Shown in pieces: positions 22,612-34,650 of a DNA stretch of 64,000 nucleotides. The number at the start of each line of letters is the position of its first letter. Position 1 is the stretch's first letter. A program made the translations under genes and the position numbers. Under the pieces are notes generated by a model, which made no database searches, was not told the origin of the DNA, and saw nothing but the letters and a program-made list of their open reading frames with translations. This DNA is from Myxococcaceae bacterium (GTDB taxonomy: Bacteria > Myxococcota > Myxococcia > Myxococcales > Myxococcaceae): contig DATIWB010000130.1 in assembly GCA_035519675.1 (NCBI GenBank), positions 9,629 to 73,628 of the forward strand, given 5' to 3'.

Positions 22612-23352
22612 ATGCCCATGCACACCCGAGCTTCAGGCCTGCACGCCGTCCTCCTCTCCGTCCTCTCCGTGGTGCTGCTCACTGCCTGCCCCACCGCGGC
22701 CCCCGCCCCGTGCCTCATCCAGCGGCCGCCTCTGCAGGGCTACACCATCAAGTTCACCCTCCAGGGCACGCCCCCGGCCGGGTGCGAGACGGTCCTGCCG
22801 TCCACCTACGCCGACAACTGGCGGTTCGACGGATTCAGCGACCGGGCGATCTACGTGAAGTCGGACAGCATGCCGTACCCGGACGAGGGCGGACCGAACA
22901 GCCCGGTGCTGGGGCACGGAACGTTCTCCGAGGCGCCCGATGCGGACAACATCTGCACCATTCCCGACATCACCCCGATGACCTCGGACACCGACGTGCT
23001 GGGGCTGGGGTTGAACAACCTGGTCTACCACCCGAAGAATCTCCGCTTCCTCGACGGGGCTCGCTACCAGGGCTCGACCTTCGAGGGCGACGCGGACATC
23101 ACCTTCGGCACCTGCACCGGCTCGTACAAGATGCAGGGGCTCACCCCATCGCCGATCGGGTTCATCGGACCGTGCGAGGACGACTCGCTGTGCGACCCCT
23201 TCGGCGACCCGGCGAATGGAGTCTTCGCCTCGGGGCTCAACCCGGACTACGCCATCGCCTGCGTGAAGGAAGACTGGGTGACCACCTACCTGACCGGAGA
23301 CCCCACGCTGGGAATCTGTTTCTTCACCAAGCCGTTCCCTGGGTTGAAGTGA
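22612..23352 (+). CDS. 8-Cys lipoprotein partner, paralog 3
   Basis: Starts 3 nt after the transporter stop. Lipobox VVLLTA-C. Eight conserved Cys; C-terminal GICFFTKPFPGLK. Confidence 0.75.
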   Translation: MPMHTRASGLHAVLLSVLSVVLLTACPTAAPAPCLIQRPPLQGYTIKFTLQGTPPAGCETVLPSTYADNWRFDGFSDRAIYVKSDSMPYPDEGGPNSPVLGHGTFSEAPDADNICTIPDITPMTSDTDVLGLGLNNLVYHPKNLRFLDGARYQGSTFEGDADITFGTCTGSYKMQGLTPSPIGFIGPCEDDSLCDPFGDPANGVFASGLNPDYAIACVKEDWVTTYLTGDPTLGICFFTKPFPGLK

Positions 23353-23366
23353 CTTCGGGACCTGCG

Positions 23367-23390
23367 ACCCGGGGAAATCGATTCCCGGGT
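23367..23390 (+). terminator. GC-rich hairpin downstream of lipoprotein-3 (possible attenuator or weak terminator)
   Basis: ACCCGGGGAA-ATCG-ATTCCCGGGT forms a stem of about 9 bp. There is no T-tract, so function is uncertain. Confidence 0.3.
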
Positions 23391-23421
23391 CCGGCGTCCT
23401 ACTGTTGGCCGGAGCAGTGAC

Positions 23422-23769
23422 ATGAGCGCGAATGAACTGTTGAGCGCGTTGAAGGCGGTGGCCGAGCCCACCCGGTTGCGCATGCTCGAGCTGCTGCTCG
23501 GGTGGGAGGGGCCGCGCACCGGTCCGGTGCGCACGGGCGAGCGAGGGCTGTGCCTGTCGGACCTCGAGCTGCTGGTGGGTCTCCCCCACGCGCTGGTGTC
23601 GCATCATCTGCGCATCCTGAAGGAGGCGAACCTGGTGGAGACCGAGCGCCGGGGCCGGTGGACCGTCTACCGTCCGTGCCCGGAGCGGGTGAGTCTCCTG
23701 GCCGAGGCGCTGCGGACGGTGGGAACCACCCGCCAGCTCCCGGGCGACCCCAGCCTCTCGGCGGCGTGA
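23422..23769 (+). CDS. ArsR/SmtB family transcriptional regulator (paralog of 13015; CxS variant)
   Basis: LKAVAEPTRLRMLELLLGWEGPRTGPVRTGERGLCLSDLELLVG...VSHHLRILKEANLVETERRGRWTVY. Confidence 0.85.
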   Translation: MSANELLSALKAVAEPTRLRMLELLLGWEGPRTGPVRTGERGLCLSDLELLVGLPHALVSHHLRILKEANLVETERRGRWTVYRPCPERVSLLAEALRTVGTTRQLPGDPSLSAA

Positions 23770-23772
23770 GGG

Positions 23773-24603
23773 TCAGCCGCGGCGGGACTTGTTCCGGAAC
23801 GCCGCCGGAGTCTCGCCCAGAATCCGGCGAAACACGCGGGTGAGATGGCTCTGGTCGGTGAACCCGGTCTCGAGCGCGATGTCGGCGATGGGCCGCTCGG
23901 TCTCCAAGAGGAGCCGGCGCGCGGCATCGACCCGCAGCTGACGCAGGTACTCCGCAGGGGTGGTCCTCAGATGACGCCGGAATCCCCTGACCAGCCGGTG
24001 CAGCTGGACGCCGGCGACGCGCGAGAGCGCCTCCAGCGTCCAGGTCTCGCTCAGGCCCCCGTGGAGGCATTCGCGGGCCCGCTCCAGCCACGGCGGAGGG
24101 GAGGTGCCGCGCTCGGCGTCCGCGGCGCGGCCGACGGTCGCGAAGAGCTCCAGGGCCAGGCCCTCGGAGAGGAAGGGCGAGTGCGCATCCGGAGCCCGCA
24201 GCTCGGCGGCGATGCGGGCGGCGAGCCCCGCCAGGCCGCGCTGGTGAATGGTGGCCGGCTCGGAGAGCAGCGACCCGTACACCTCGGAGATCCGCGACGG
24301 CCCGGGCTGCACCTCCACCACCAGCGCCTCCGTCTCCACCGGGACGAAGGCGTTCCAGTGCCTGGCTCCGGCGGGGGTGACCAGCACGGTGTCGCCCTGC
24401 CCCAGGTTGGAGGCCCGCCGGTCGAGCTCGCCCTCCCAGCCCCCGCGGAGCACGAAGGCGATGCTCGGGGTGGCATGCGCGTGCGGCTCGAGCCGGAGCC
24501 CCGGGGCGAACCAGGCCCGGGTCAACACCATCCCCCCGGCCTCGAGGGCGACTGCCCGGGCGAAGTGCGAGAGCGCGCGGGGGGTGGGTACGGAGGTTCT
24601 CAC
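23773..24603 (-). CDS. AraC family transcriptional regulator with N-terminal cupin-like domain
   Basis: C-terminal dual HTH: LEALSRVAGVQLHRLVRGFRR...IADIALETGFTDQSHLTRVFRRILGETPAAF. Confidence 0.85.
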   Translation of the reverse strand: MRTSVPTPRALSHFARAVALEAGGMVLTRAWFAPGLRLEPHAHATPSIAFVLRGGWEGELDRRASNLGQGDTVLVTPAGARHWNAFVPVETEALVVEVQPGPSRISEVYGSLLSEPATIHQRGLAGLAARIAAELRAPDAHSPFLSEGLALELFATVGRAADAERGTSPPPWLERARECLHGGLSETWTLEALSRVAGVQLHRLVRGFRRHLRTTPAEYLRQLRVDAARRLLLETERPIADIALETGFTDQSHLTRVFRRILGETPAAFRNKSRRG

Positions 24604-24778
24604 GCCTCTTCATGTTTGGCCGGGCAGCAAAACGATTGCCATCACAGTGGCCTCCGCTGGCCGCATGGTTGCCGCCGCTCGCCGGCTGCCCCGTCCGTCC
24701 CAGAGCGCGCGACCGGTACAAGACCTCCGACCGGCGGGAGTGCCAGCTTCCCCCGTTCCCCGAGGAGGTACCCCTCGC

Positions 24779-25669
24779 ATGCTCGCCACCGTCGCGCTGG
24801 TTGCAGCGCTCGCCGCCGCCCAGCCGGACCCGCTCGCCGCCGCGAACAAGGCCTTCGCCGACCAGGACTGGCCCCGCGCCGCCGAGCTGTACCGGGCCGT
24901 GGTGCAGGCGCACCCGGAGCAGGCCTCCAGCTGGGCCCGGCTCGGGCGGTCGCTGCGGGAAGCGGGCCGGGCCCGCGAGGCGCTCACCGCGCTGCAGAGG
25001 GCCGAGCAGCTCGGGTTCTATCCGCCGCTGATGCAGTACCAGCGGGCGCTGGCCCACGCCCACCTCGGAGAGAAGGACGCGGCGCTCGCGCTGCTGAAGC
25101 CGCTGGTGGCCGAGGAGTTCGGACCGCCGCCGGGGCTCCAACCGGTGGACGCGGACCCGGCGGTGGCGGGCGATTCGCGGTTCAAGGAGCTGGCGGCGAA
25201 GTTCGCTGCGCTGTCCGCCCCCTGCACCCAGCCGGCCTCGCCGTGGCGGCAATTCGACTTCTGGGTGGGGGCCTGGGACGTCTACGACCGGAGCGGGAAC
25301 CGGGTGGGGCAGAGCCGGATCGAGCGCATCCTCGGCGACTGCGTGGTGCTGGAGAGCTGGAAGGGTACCAGCGAGGGCAAGAGCTGGAACACCTGGAACC
25401 CGGCGCGCAAGCGGTGGGAACAGTCGTGGGTGGACTCGAGCGCCACGCCGGTCTTCTTCACCGGCCAGCTGGAGAACGGAGTGATGGTCTACCACTCGGA
25501 CCAGCCACAGCCCGACGGCAAGCCCTACCAGCGGCGGCTCACCTTCACCCCGTTGCCCGGGCACCGGGTCCGGCAGTTCAGCCAGGGAACGGAGGACGGC
25601 GGCAAGAGCTGGAGCACCGAGTACGACCTGATCTACGTGCCGCAGGGCGCGCCCTTCTCCGCCCTGTAG
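24779..25669 (+). CDS. secreted TPR-repeat protein with C-terminal W-x-G-x-W beta-rich domain
   Basis: ORF 24248..25669 trimmed to the ATG at 24779 after GAGGAGG. Signal peptide MLATVALVAALAAA. TPR-like helices (WPRAAELYRAVV..., ALTALQRAEQLGF...). C-terminal FDFWVGAWDVYD domain. Confidence 0.7.
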   Translation: MLATVALVAALAAAQPDPLAAANKAFADQDWPRAAELYRAVVQAHPEQASSWARLGRSLREAGRAREALTALQRAEQLGFYPPLMQYQRALAHAHLGEKDAALALLKPLVAEEFGPPPGLQPVDADPAVAGDSRFKELAAKFAALSAPCTQPASPWRQFDFWVGAWDVYDRSGNRVGQSRIERILGDCVVLESWKGTSEGKSWNTWNPARKRWEQSWVDSSATPVFFTGQLENGVMVYHSDQPQPDGKPYQRRLTFTPLPGHRVRQFSQGTEDGGKSWSTEYDLIYVPQGAPFSAL

Positions 25670-25891
25670 GCCGCCGCGCGCGCCGGGAGGTTCGGCGGTC
25701 GTCGCCGTGCGACCGCGGAGCCTCCCGGCGCACGAGTGGGCGACCCGGGTGCGTCACCGCTCCCCTCACCACAGTGGACCGGGCGAGCTGCGCGCCTGTT
25801 GCGCGGATTCGTCGGCGGACCGGCGATGTGCCGGGCCCCGGAGTGCCGGAAAGCGGTGCCGGGGTGGAGCGTTAGACTCGGGGGAACGCCG

Positions 25892-26344
25892 ATGCCGCTG
25901 CCGGAGACCCACCCTCGCGCGCTCGACCCGCTGGATCTCCAGCTGCTCGCGCTTCTGGAGATGGACGGCCGGATGTCGCATGCCCGGCTCGCGCGCCGGG
26001 TGGGCCGCTCGCGCAGCGCGATCCAGGAGCGCATCGAGCGGCTGGAGCGAATGGGGCACATCGCCGGGTACACCATCCGGCGCGGGAACCGGAACGCCGA
26101 GGTCCAGGCCTACATCCTGGTCTCGGCGAGTGGGGTGAACCACGACTCGCTCGCCGCCGCGCTGCAGACCCTCCCCGAGGTGCGGGTCTGCGACTCGGTC
26201 AGCGGCGAGCTGGACCTCATCCTCCAGGTGCAGGCGCGCGACATCGCCGGCGTCGACCGGGTGCGGGCGGCGGTGGCCGCGCTCCCCGGCGTGGCCCGGA
26301 CCCGCACCGCGCTGGTGATGCAGAACCGATTCCAGCGCGGGTGA
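25892..26344 (+). CDS. Lrp/AsnC family transcriptional regulator
   Basis: LDPLDLQLLALLEMDGRMSHARLARRVGRSRSAIQERIERLERMGHIAGY, followed by an RAM-like C-terminal domain. Start chosen at the internal ATG 25892. Confidence 0.85.
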   Translation: MPLPETHPRALDPLDLQLLALLEMDGRMSHARLARRVGRSRSAIQERIERLERMGHIAGYTIRRGNRNAEVQAYILVSASGVNHDSLAAALQTLPEVRVCDSVSGELDLILQVQARDIAGVDRVRAAVAALPGVARTRTALVMQNRFQRG

Positions 26345-26358
26345 TGTGCCGCCCCGAC

Positions 26359-27240
26359 CTAGCCCACGCGCCGGAGCGGCGAGGGCTGGAGCCGGCCGAG
26401 GAACCAGTCCCGGATGGGGGCCCAGATGGCCTGCTCGAACTGCGGCCGGACCCAGCCGAAGTGGCCGATCCGCCCCACGCCGGCCTCGGCGGGAGTGACG
26501 GTGTGGACCTCCCGCCTGCCGCCATAGAACGACACCAGCGCCTCCACCCCGCTCCGTGGGGCGTAGAGGTCGTCGGAGATGTGAAGTCCCCGGACCGGGA
26601 AGCGGAGCGCGGCGTAGTCCGCCCGCACCGGGGGACCCAGGACGTCGAAGAGGTAGTTCCGCTCCCTTCCCCAGGCGGCCCACTCCCGGGCGACCCCCGC
26701 AGGGAGGTCCTCGCCCTGGCCGAGCGCCTGCATCGGCAGGTAGCCCCTGGCGGCCGTGAGGGCGGGGATCATTGCGTGCCACATGCTCCACATCACCACC
26801 CGCGCCGGCCACGGCCAGTGTCCTGCCCAGCCGAGCTGCGAGCCGATCAGCGCCGCCCCCGCGAGGTGGCGTGCGGAGGGAGCCAGCCCGATGAGCTGGC
26901 CACCGGCGCTGTGGCCGAGCATCAGCAGCGGGGCGCCGGGGTAGGCCTGGCGCATCCACCCCAGCGCTCCCTCCAGGTCGAGCCGCCCCCAGTCCTGCAT
27001 CCGGGCGTCCTCGTCGCGCAGCGAGCGTCCCCGGCGAGAGCCGCCGATGCCCCGGTAGTCGAAGGTGAGGACCGCCAGCCCCGCCTCGGCGAGGCATCCG
27101 GCGATGCCCTCGTAGATTCTCCGGGGAACGCCGGTGGCGCTGGCGATGACCACCGCCCCTTCGACCCGGGGTGGCTCCAGCACCGTCGCTGCGAGCGGGC
27201 GGCCGTCCGCGGCCTCGAAGACCAACGCGATGGGACGCAC
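26359..27240 (-). CDS. alpha/beta hydrolase
   Basis: ORF 26359..27447 trimmed to the GTG (complement of 27238-27240) preceded by GGAGG. Nucleophile elbow GHSAGG. Overall alpha/beta-fold pattern. Confidence 0.8.
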   Translation of the reverse strand: MRPIALVFEAADGRPLAATVLEPPRVEGAVVIASATGVPRRIYEGIAGCLAEAGLAVLTFDYRGIGGSRRGRSLRDEDARMQDWGRLDLEGALGWMRQAYPGAPLLMLGHSAGGQLIGLAPSARHLAGAALIGSQLGWAGHWPWPARVVMWSMWHAMIPALTAARGYLPMQALGQGEDLPAGVAREWAAWGRERNYLFDVLGPPVRADYAALRFPVRGLHISDDLYAPRSGVEALVSFYGGRREVHTVTPAEAGVGRIGHFGWVRPQFEQAIWAPIRDWFLGRLQPSPLRRVG

Positions 27241-27259
27241 CGGACACCTCCGTGCTATC

Positions 27260-27300
27260 AGTAGACCAGTCGGTCTACTTACTAGACCGACCGGTCTACT
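27260..27300. promoter_or_regulatory. two tandem TetR-type operator palindromes in the divergent hydrolase/TetR intergenic region
   Basis: AGTAGACC-AGTC-GGTCTACT (27260-27279; perfect 8-bp arms) and TAGACC-GACC-GGTCTA (27283-27298). Centres are 21 bp apart. Confidence 0.65.
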
Positions 27301-27321
27301 GAGGTCAAGGAGGCAGCCCAC

Positions 27322-27879
27322 GTGGATACCCGGGAACGGATGGTGGACGTCACGGCGCGCCTGCTGGCGCGGCAGGGCTACCACGCCACCGGCCTGGCCC
27401 AGGTGCTGACCGAGGCCGGTGCGCCCCGCGGTTCGCTCTACTTCCACTTCCCCGAGGGGAAGGAGCAGATGGCGGCGGAGGCGGTGCGGCGCCTGGGCGA
27501 GCAGCTGGGGGCCGCGCTCCAGGCCAAGCTCGATGGCAAGCCCGACGTCCGCAGCGGGCTGCAGTCGGTGGCGCGGATGTTCGCCCGGCAGCTCGAGGCC
27601 TCCGAGTTCGCTCTGGGCTGCCCGGTGGCCACCACCGCGCTCGAGGCCTCGGACGAGGCCCCCGCGCTCTCGGCGGCCTGCGCCGAGGTGTTCGAGCGGT
27701 GGACGGTGGTGCTGGCGGACCGGATCCGCCAGGAGCGGCCGCGGATCGCCGCGCCCGAGCGGCTCGCCCGGACGGTGCTCTGCCTCATCGAGGGCGCGCT
27801 GCTCCTGGCCCGGGTCCGCCGCAGCGCCGAGCCGCTCCGGGACGCCGAGCTCGCCATCGGGACCCTGCTCGACGGCTGA
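27322..27879 (+). CDS. TetR/AcrR family transcriptional regulator
   Basis: N-terminal HTH VTARLLARQGYHATGLAQVLTEAGAPRGSLYFHFPEGKEQM. GTG start after AAGGAGG. Confidence 0.85.
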   Translation: MDTRERMVDVTARLLARQGYHATGLAQVLTEAGAPRGSLYFHFPEGKEQMAAEAVRRLGEQLGAALQAKLDGKPDVRSGLQSVARMFARQLEASEFALGCPVATTALEASDEAPALSAACAEVFERWTVVLADRIRQERPRIAAPERLARTVLCLIEGALLLARVRRSAEPLRDAELAIGTLLDG

Positions 27880-27971
27880 TCGACCGCGCCACGACGCGGC
27901 TCCCGTCCCCGCTGGTCCTCGCTCCGGTTCCGCGGTTGACTGGGGGCTCGCGCGGGGTGCGGAGGCGTCGA

Positions 27972-28640
27972 ATGGCTGGAATGAAGGTCATCCTCTTCGG
28001 AGCGACGGGGATGGTGGGGCAGGCCGTGCTCGGCGAGTGTCTGCGCGACGGTGGGATCGACGCCGTGCTGGCCATCGGCCGCAGCCCCACCGGGCGCAGC
28101 GACCCGAAGCTCCGTGAGCTGGTGCGCACGGACCTGTTCGACACCGCCGTCCCCGACGCGGAGCTGCAGGGGTACGACGCCTGCTTCTTCTGCCTCGGCG
28201 TCTCCTCCGCGGGAATGGCCGAGGCCGAGTACACCCGGCTCACCTACGAGCTGACCCTGGCCTGGGCGCGGGTGCTGGCGCGGATCGACCCCGACCTGGC
28301 CTTCCTCTACGTCTCCGGTGCCGGCACCGGCGGCAAGTCGATGTGGGCCCAGGTGAAGGGGCGCACCGAGGCCGCGCTGCGAGGGCTCTTCCCGGCCGCG
28401 TACATGGTCCGGCTGGCGATGCTCCGCCCGGTGCACGGCGAGGTCTCGAAGACCCGCTGGACGCGCATCGCCTACGGCGTCTTCGGGCCCATCGCGCCGC
28501 TCGTCGAGGCGCTTGCGCCGTCGGTGGTCATCACCACCGAGGAGCTTGGCCGGGCGATGATCCGCGCCGCGCGCGAGCGGCCTCCCACGCACGTGCTGGA
28601 GATGAGGGATCTCCAGGCGCTCGGGCGTGCCGCTCGCTGA
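27972..28640 (+). CDS. NAD(P)H-binding (atypical SDR/NmrA-like) protein
   Basis: Rossmann motif MKVILFGATGMVGQAV. ORF 27699..28640 trimmed to ATG 27972 (alternative 27981). Confidence 0.75.
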   Translation: MAGMKVILFGATGMVGQAVLGECLRDGGIDAVLAIGRSPTGRSDPKLRELVRTDLFDTAVPDAELQGYDACFFCLGVSSAGMAEAEYTRLTYELTLAWARVLARIDPDLAFLYVSGAGTGGKSMWAQVKGRTEAALRGLFPAAYMVRLAMLRPVHGEVSKTRWTRIAYGVFGPIAPLVEALAPSVVITTEELGRAMIRAARERPPTHVLEMRDLQALGRAAR

Positions 28641-28686
28641 GGTGCAACCGCTTGAGCCCGCCACCTGCTAACTCCGGAGCGAACCG

Positions 28687-29148
28687 ATGCCCCTGCTCGC
28701 CCTGCTGCTCCTCGCCGCCGCACCCGAGTGCCCGGCGATCTCTGCCGGCTCTCCCGGCCTCGCCCAGCTCGGCTGGCTGGCGGGCGCCTGGTCCGCAGAC
28801 GACCGCGGAACGCTGAACGAGGAGGTGTGGATGGCGCCCGCGGGCGGGTCGATGCTGGCCATGCACCGGGACACGGCCGGAGGGAAGACCACCGGCTTCG
28901 AGTTCCTTCGCATCGAGCAGGATGGCGAAGGGCTCGTCTACCGGGCCATGCCCGAGGGGCGCCCGGCCACCGACTTCCGGCGCGTCGCCCAGGGCCCGAG
29001 CTGCATCGTGTTCGAGAACCCCGGGCACGCCTTCCCCCGCCGCATCCTCTACTGGCGCGAGGGGGCGACGCTCCACGCCCGCATCGAGGGCACGCGCCAG
29101 GGCAAGCCCGCGTCGTACGAGTGGGCCTGGACCCACGGAGCCCGCTGA
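28687..29148 (+). CDS. secreted hypothetical protein (DUF6265-like, W-x-G-x-W motif)
   Basis: Signal peptide MPLLALLLLAAA. LGWLAGAWSADD...EEVWMAP...FLRIEQDGEGLVY pattern. Family name recalled from memory only. Confidence 0.55.
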   Translation: MPLLALLLLAAAPECPAISAGSPGLAQLGWLAGAWSADDRGTLNEEVWMAPAGGSMLAMHRDTAGGKTTGFEFLRIEQDGEGLVYRAMPEGRPATDFRRVAQGPSCIVFENPGHAFPRRILYWREGATLHARIEGTRQGKPASYEWAWTHGAR

Positions 29149-29209
29149 GCCGGCTGGTGGGCCTCGGATCCCATGCCTTGGCTGCGCCGGCCCGTGGCAT
29201 CGTGGCCGG

Positions 29210-30481
29210 ATGCTCTCCACGACCGCTCTTGCCCTGACGCTGCTGCTCGGCGCCGCTGCGGCCACTGCCCCGGACGGCGGGACGGCGCCCGGGACGCCAG
29301 ACCCACGACTGCTGGGCCAGGCGCGGTCCATCCTCCAGCGGGCGCCGCTCATCGACGGGCACAACGACCTGCCCTTCGCGCTGCTGGAGAGGACCGGCGG
29401 GGACCTCACCAAGGTGGACCTGGCTCGGCGCCAGCCCGAGCTCCCCGCCGACATCCCCCGCCTGCGCGAGGGGCGGGTGGGGGCGCAGTACTGGGCCATC
29501 TTCGTCGAGTCGGACACCCGGCTGACCCGCACCGCGCTCCACGACGCGCTCCGGGTGTTCGACGTCGCGCTGCGGACCATCGAGGGCCGACCGGAGCTGG
29601 AGCTCGCCCGGAGCGCCGAGGACATCGTCCGGATCACCCGCGCGGGCCGGATCGCCTCGCTGCTCGGCGTCGAGGGCGGGCAGATGATCGAGAGCTCGCC
29701 CGGGGTGCTCCGCATCTTCCACCGGCTCGGCGCCCGGTACCTGACGCTGACCCACTGGGGGAACGTCGAGTTCGCCGACGCGGCCACCGACACCCCGGTC
29801 CACGACGGGCTCACCAAGCACGGTGAGCTGCTGGTCGGTGAGCTCAACCGGCTGGGGATGTTCGTCGACATCGCCCACGTCAGCCCCGACGTGATGCGCG
29901 ACGTGCTCCGGGTGACGAAGGCGCCGGTCATCTCCTCGCACTCCGACGCCTACGCGCTGGTGCCTCACCCGCGCAACATCCCGGACGACGTGCTGCGGGG
30001 GGTGGCGCGCAACCGCGGCGTGGTCCACGTCAGCTTCATCCGGGAGTTCGCCGTCCCCAGCGCCGAGTACCTGGCCCAGAGAAAGCAAGCGCGGCGCGCC
30101 ATCCGGCAGCGGGTGGCGAACGACGACGAGGCGGAGGCGCAGCTGCTGGCCTGGGACAAGGCGAATCCCCAGCCGGGCGGCTCGGTGGCAAACGTGGCCG
30201 ACGCCATCGACCACATCCGCGCCGTGGCCGGGGTGGACCACGTGGGCATCGGCGGGGACTTCTACGACGACGGGTCGCTCACCATGGTCGAGGGGCTCCA
30301 GGACGTCACCCGCTATCCGTTTCTCTTCGCCGAGCTCCTCCGCCGGGGCTGGAGCGAGGACGACCTGGTGAAGCTCGCGGGCCAGAACCATCTCCGCGCG
30401 ATGCGGGAGATGGAGCGGGTGGCGGCCCAGCTCCAGAAGTCCACCCCGCCGGCCACCACCGAGGGCCCACGCGTGCCCTGA
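29210..30481 (+). CDS. membrane dipeptidase (peptidase M19)
   Basis: ORF 28922..30481 trimmed to ATG 29210 (signal peptide MLSTTALALTLLLGAAAA). PLIDGHNDLP motif and the HVSPD, SSHSD, DHVGIGGDFY blocks. Confidence 0.85.
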   Translation: MLSTTALALTLLLGAAAATAPDGGTAPGTPDPRLLGQARSILQRAPLIDGHNDLPFALLERTGGDLTKVDLARRQPELPADIPRLREGRVGAQYWAIFVESDTRLTRTALHDALRVFDVALRTIEGRPELELARSAEDIVRITRAGRIASLLGVEGGQMIESSPGVLRIFHRLGARYLTLTHWGNVEFADAATDTPVHDGLTKHGELLVGELNRLGMFVDIAHVSPDVMRDVLRVTKAPVISSHSDAYALVPHPRNIPDDVLRGVARNRGVVHVSFIREFAVPSAEYLAQRKQARRAIRQRVANDDEAEAQLLAWDKANPQPGGSVANVADAIDHIRAVAGVDHVGIGGDFYDDGSLTMVEGLQDVTRYPFLFAELLRRGWSEDDLVKLAGQNHLRAMREMERVAAQLQKSTPPATTEGPRVP

Positions 30482-30719
30482 TCAACCCCGGCTCACCCGA
30501 GCCCAGGCGCAGGAACGTCTCGGAGCTGCTCGGGCGCGCCGCACGGTCGGCCTGACGCCCGGACGCACCCCCGGCAGGGGGCCTCGCGCACCGGTTTGCA
30601 CCGGGCTGGCATCGCTGCCCATCGAGGGGCGCAGATGCCCCTGAAATCAGGGCAGTCCGGGCCCAGCCGGGACGCTAGAACACCGTCAGCCAGCCGCCGT
30701 AGAAGGGTGGCTCCCGCCC

Positions 30720-34277
<3,558 letters not shown>

Positions 34278-34296
34278 GAAGCACCGGGGCCACGCC

Positions 34297-34650
34297 TTGA
34301 TCCGCACCGCCCTGCAGCTCGTCCTGCTCGGCGCGCTCTTCGCCCTCTGCCGCTGGGCGGTGGAACGGTCGGGAGTGCCGGTGCCGGCGGGGCTCGTCGC
34401 CCTGGTGCTGCTGACGGCCCTCCTGCTGACCCGGGCCGTCCCCGAGCGCGCGGTGGGAGGTGGAGCCGATGCCCTGCTTCGCATCCTCCCGGCGCTCTTC
34501 GTTCCCTCGGGCATCGCCGTCCTCCGTGAGCTGCCCATGCTCCGCGGGCACTTGCTGAGCCTGGTGGTGGTCCTGGTCGCGAGCGTGATGCTGGGCCTGC
34601 TGGTGGCAGGTGTGGTGGGCCAGGCCGCGGCCAACCGGGAGCGGCAGTGA
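34297..34650 (+). CDS. CidA/LrgA family holin-like membrane protein
   Basis: Four hydrophobic helices. ORF 34219..34650 trimmed to TTG 34297 so it does not overlap dnaE. Followed by the overlapping LrgB-like gene. Confidence 0.7.
   Translation: MIRTALQLVLLGALFALCRWAVERSGVPVPAGLVALVLLTALLLTRAVPERAVGGGADALLRILPALFVPSGIAVLRELPMLRGHLLSLVVVLVASVMLGLLVAGVVGQAAANRERQ

Noticed and set aside
9526-22623. Long antisense ORFs inside the three transporter genes (9526..11463, 14221..17076, 19933..21012, 21304..22623) and out-of-frame sense ORFs (8751..10070, 21537..23420 and others)
   Set aside because: All overlap the strongly conserved paralogous transporter or lipoprotein frames. None has recognisable motifs. 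They recur because the underlying DNA is duplicated, not because they are conserved genes.
23399-25564. 721-aa reverse ORF, and 676-aa forward ORF 23845..25875
   Set aside because: They overlap the ArsR, AraC and TPR genes, which have clear family motifs. They contain no motifs of their own.
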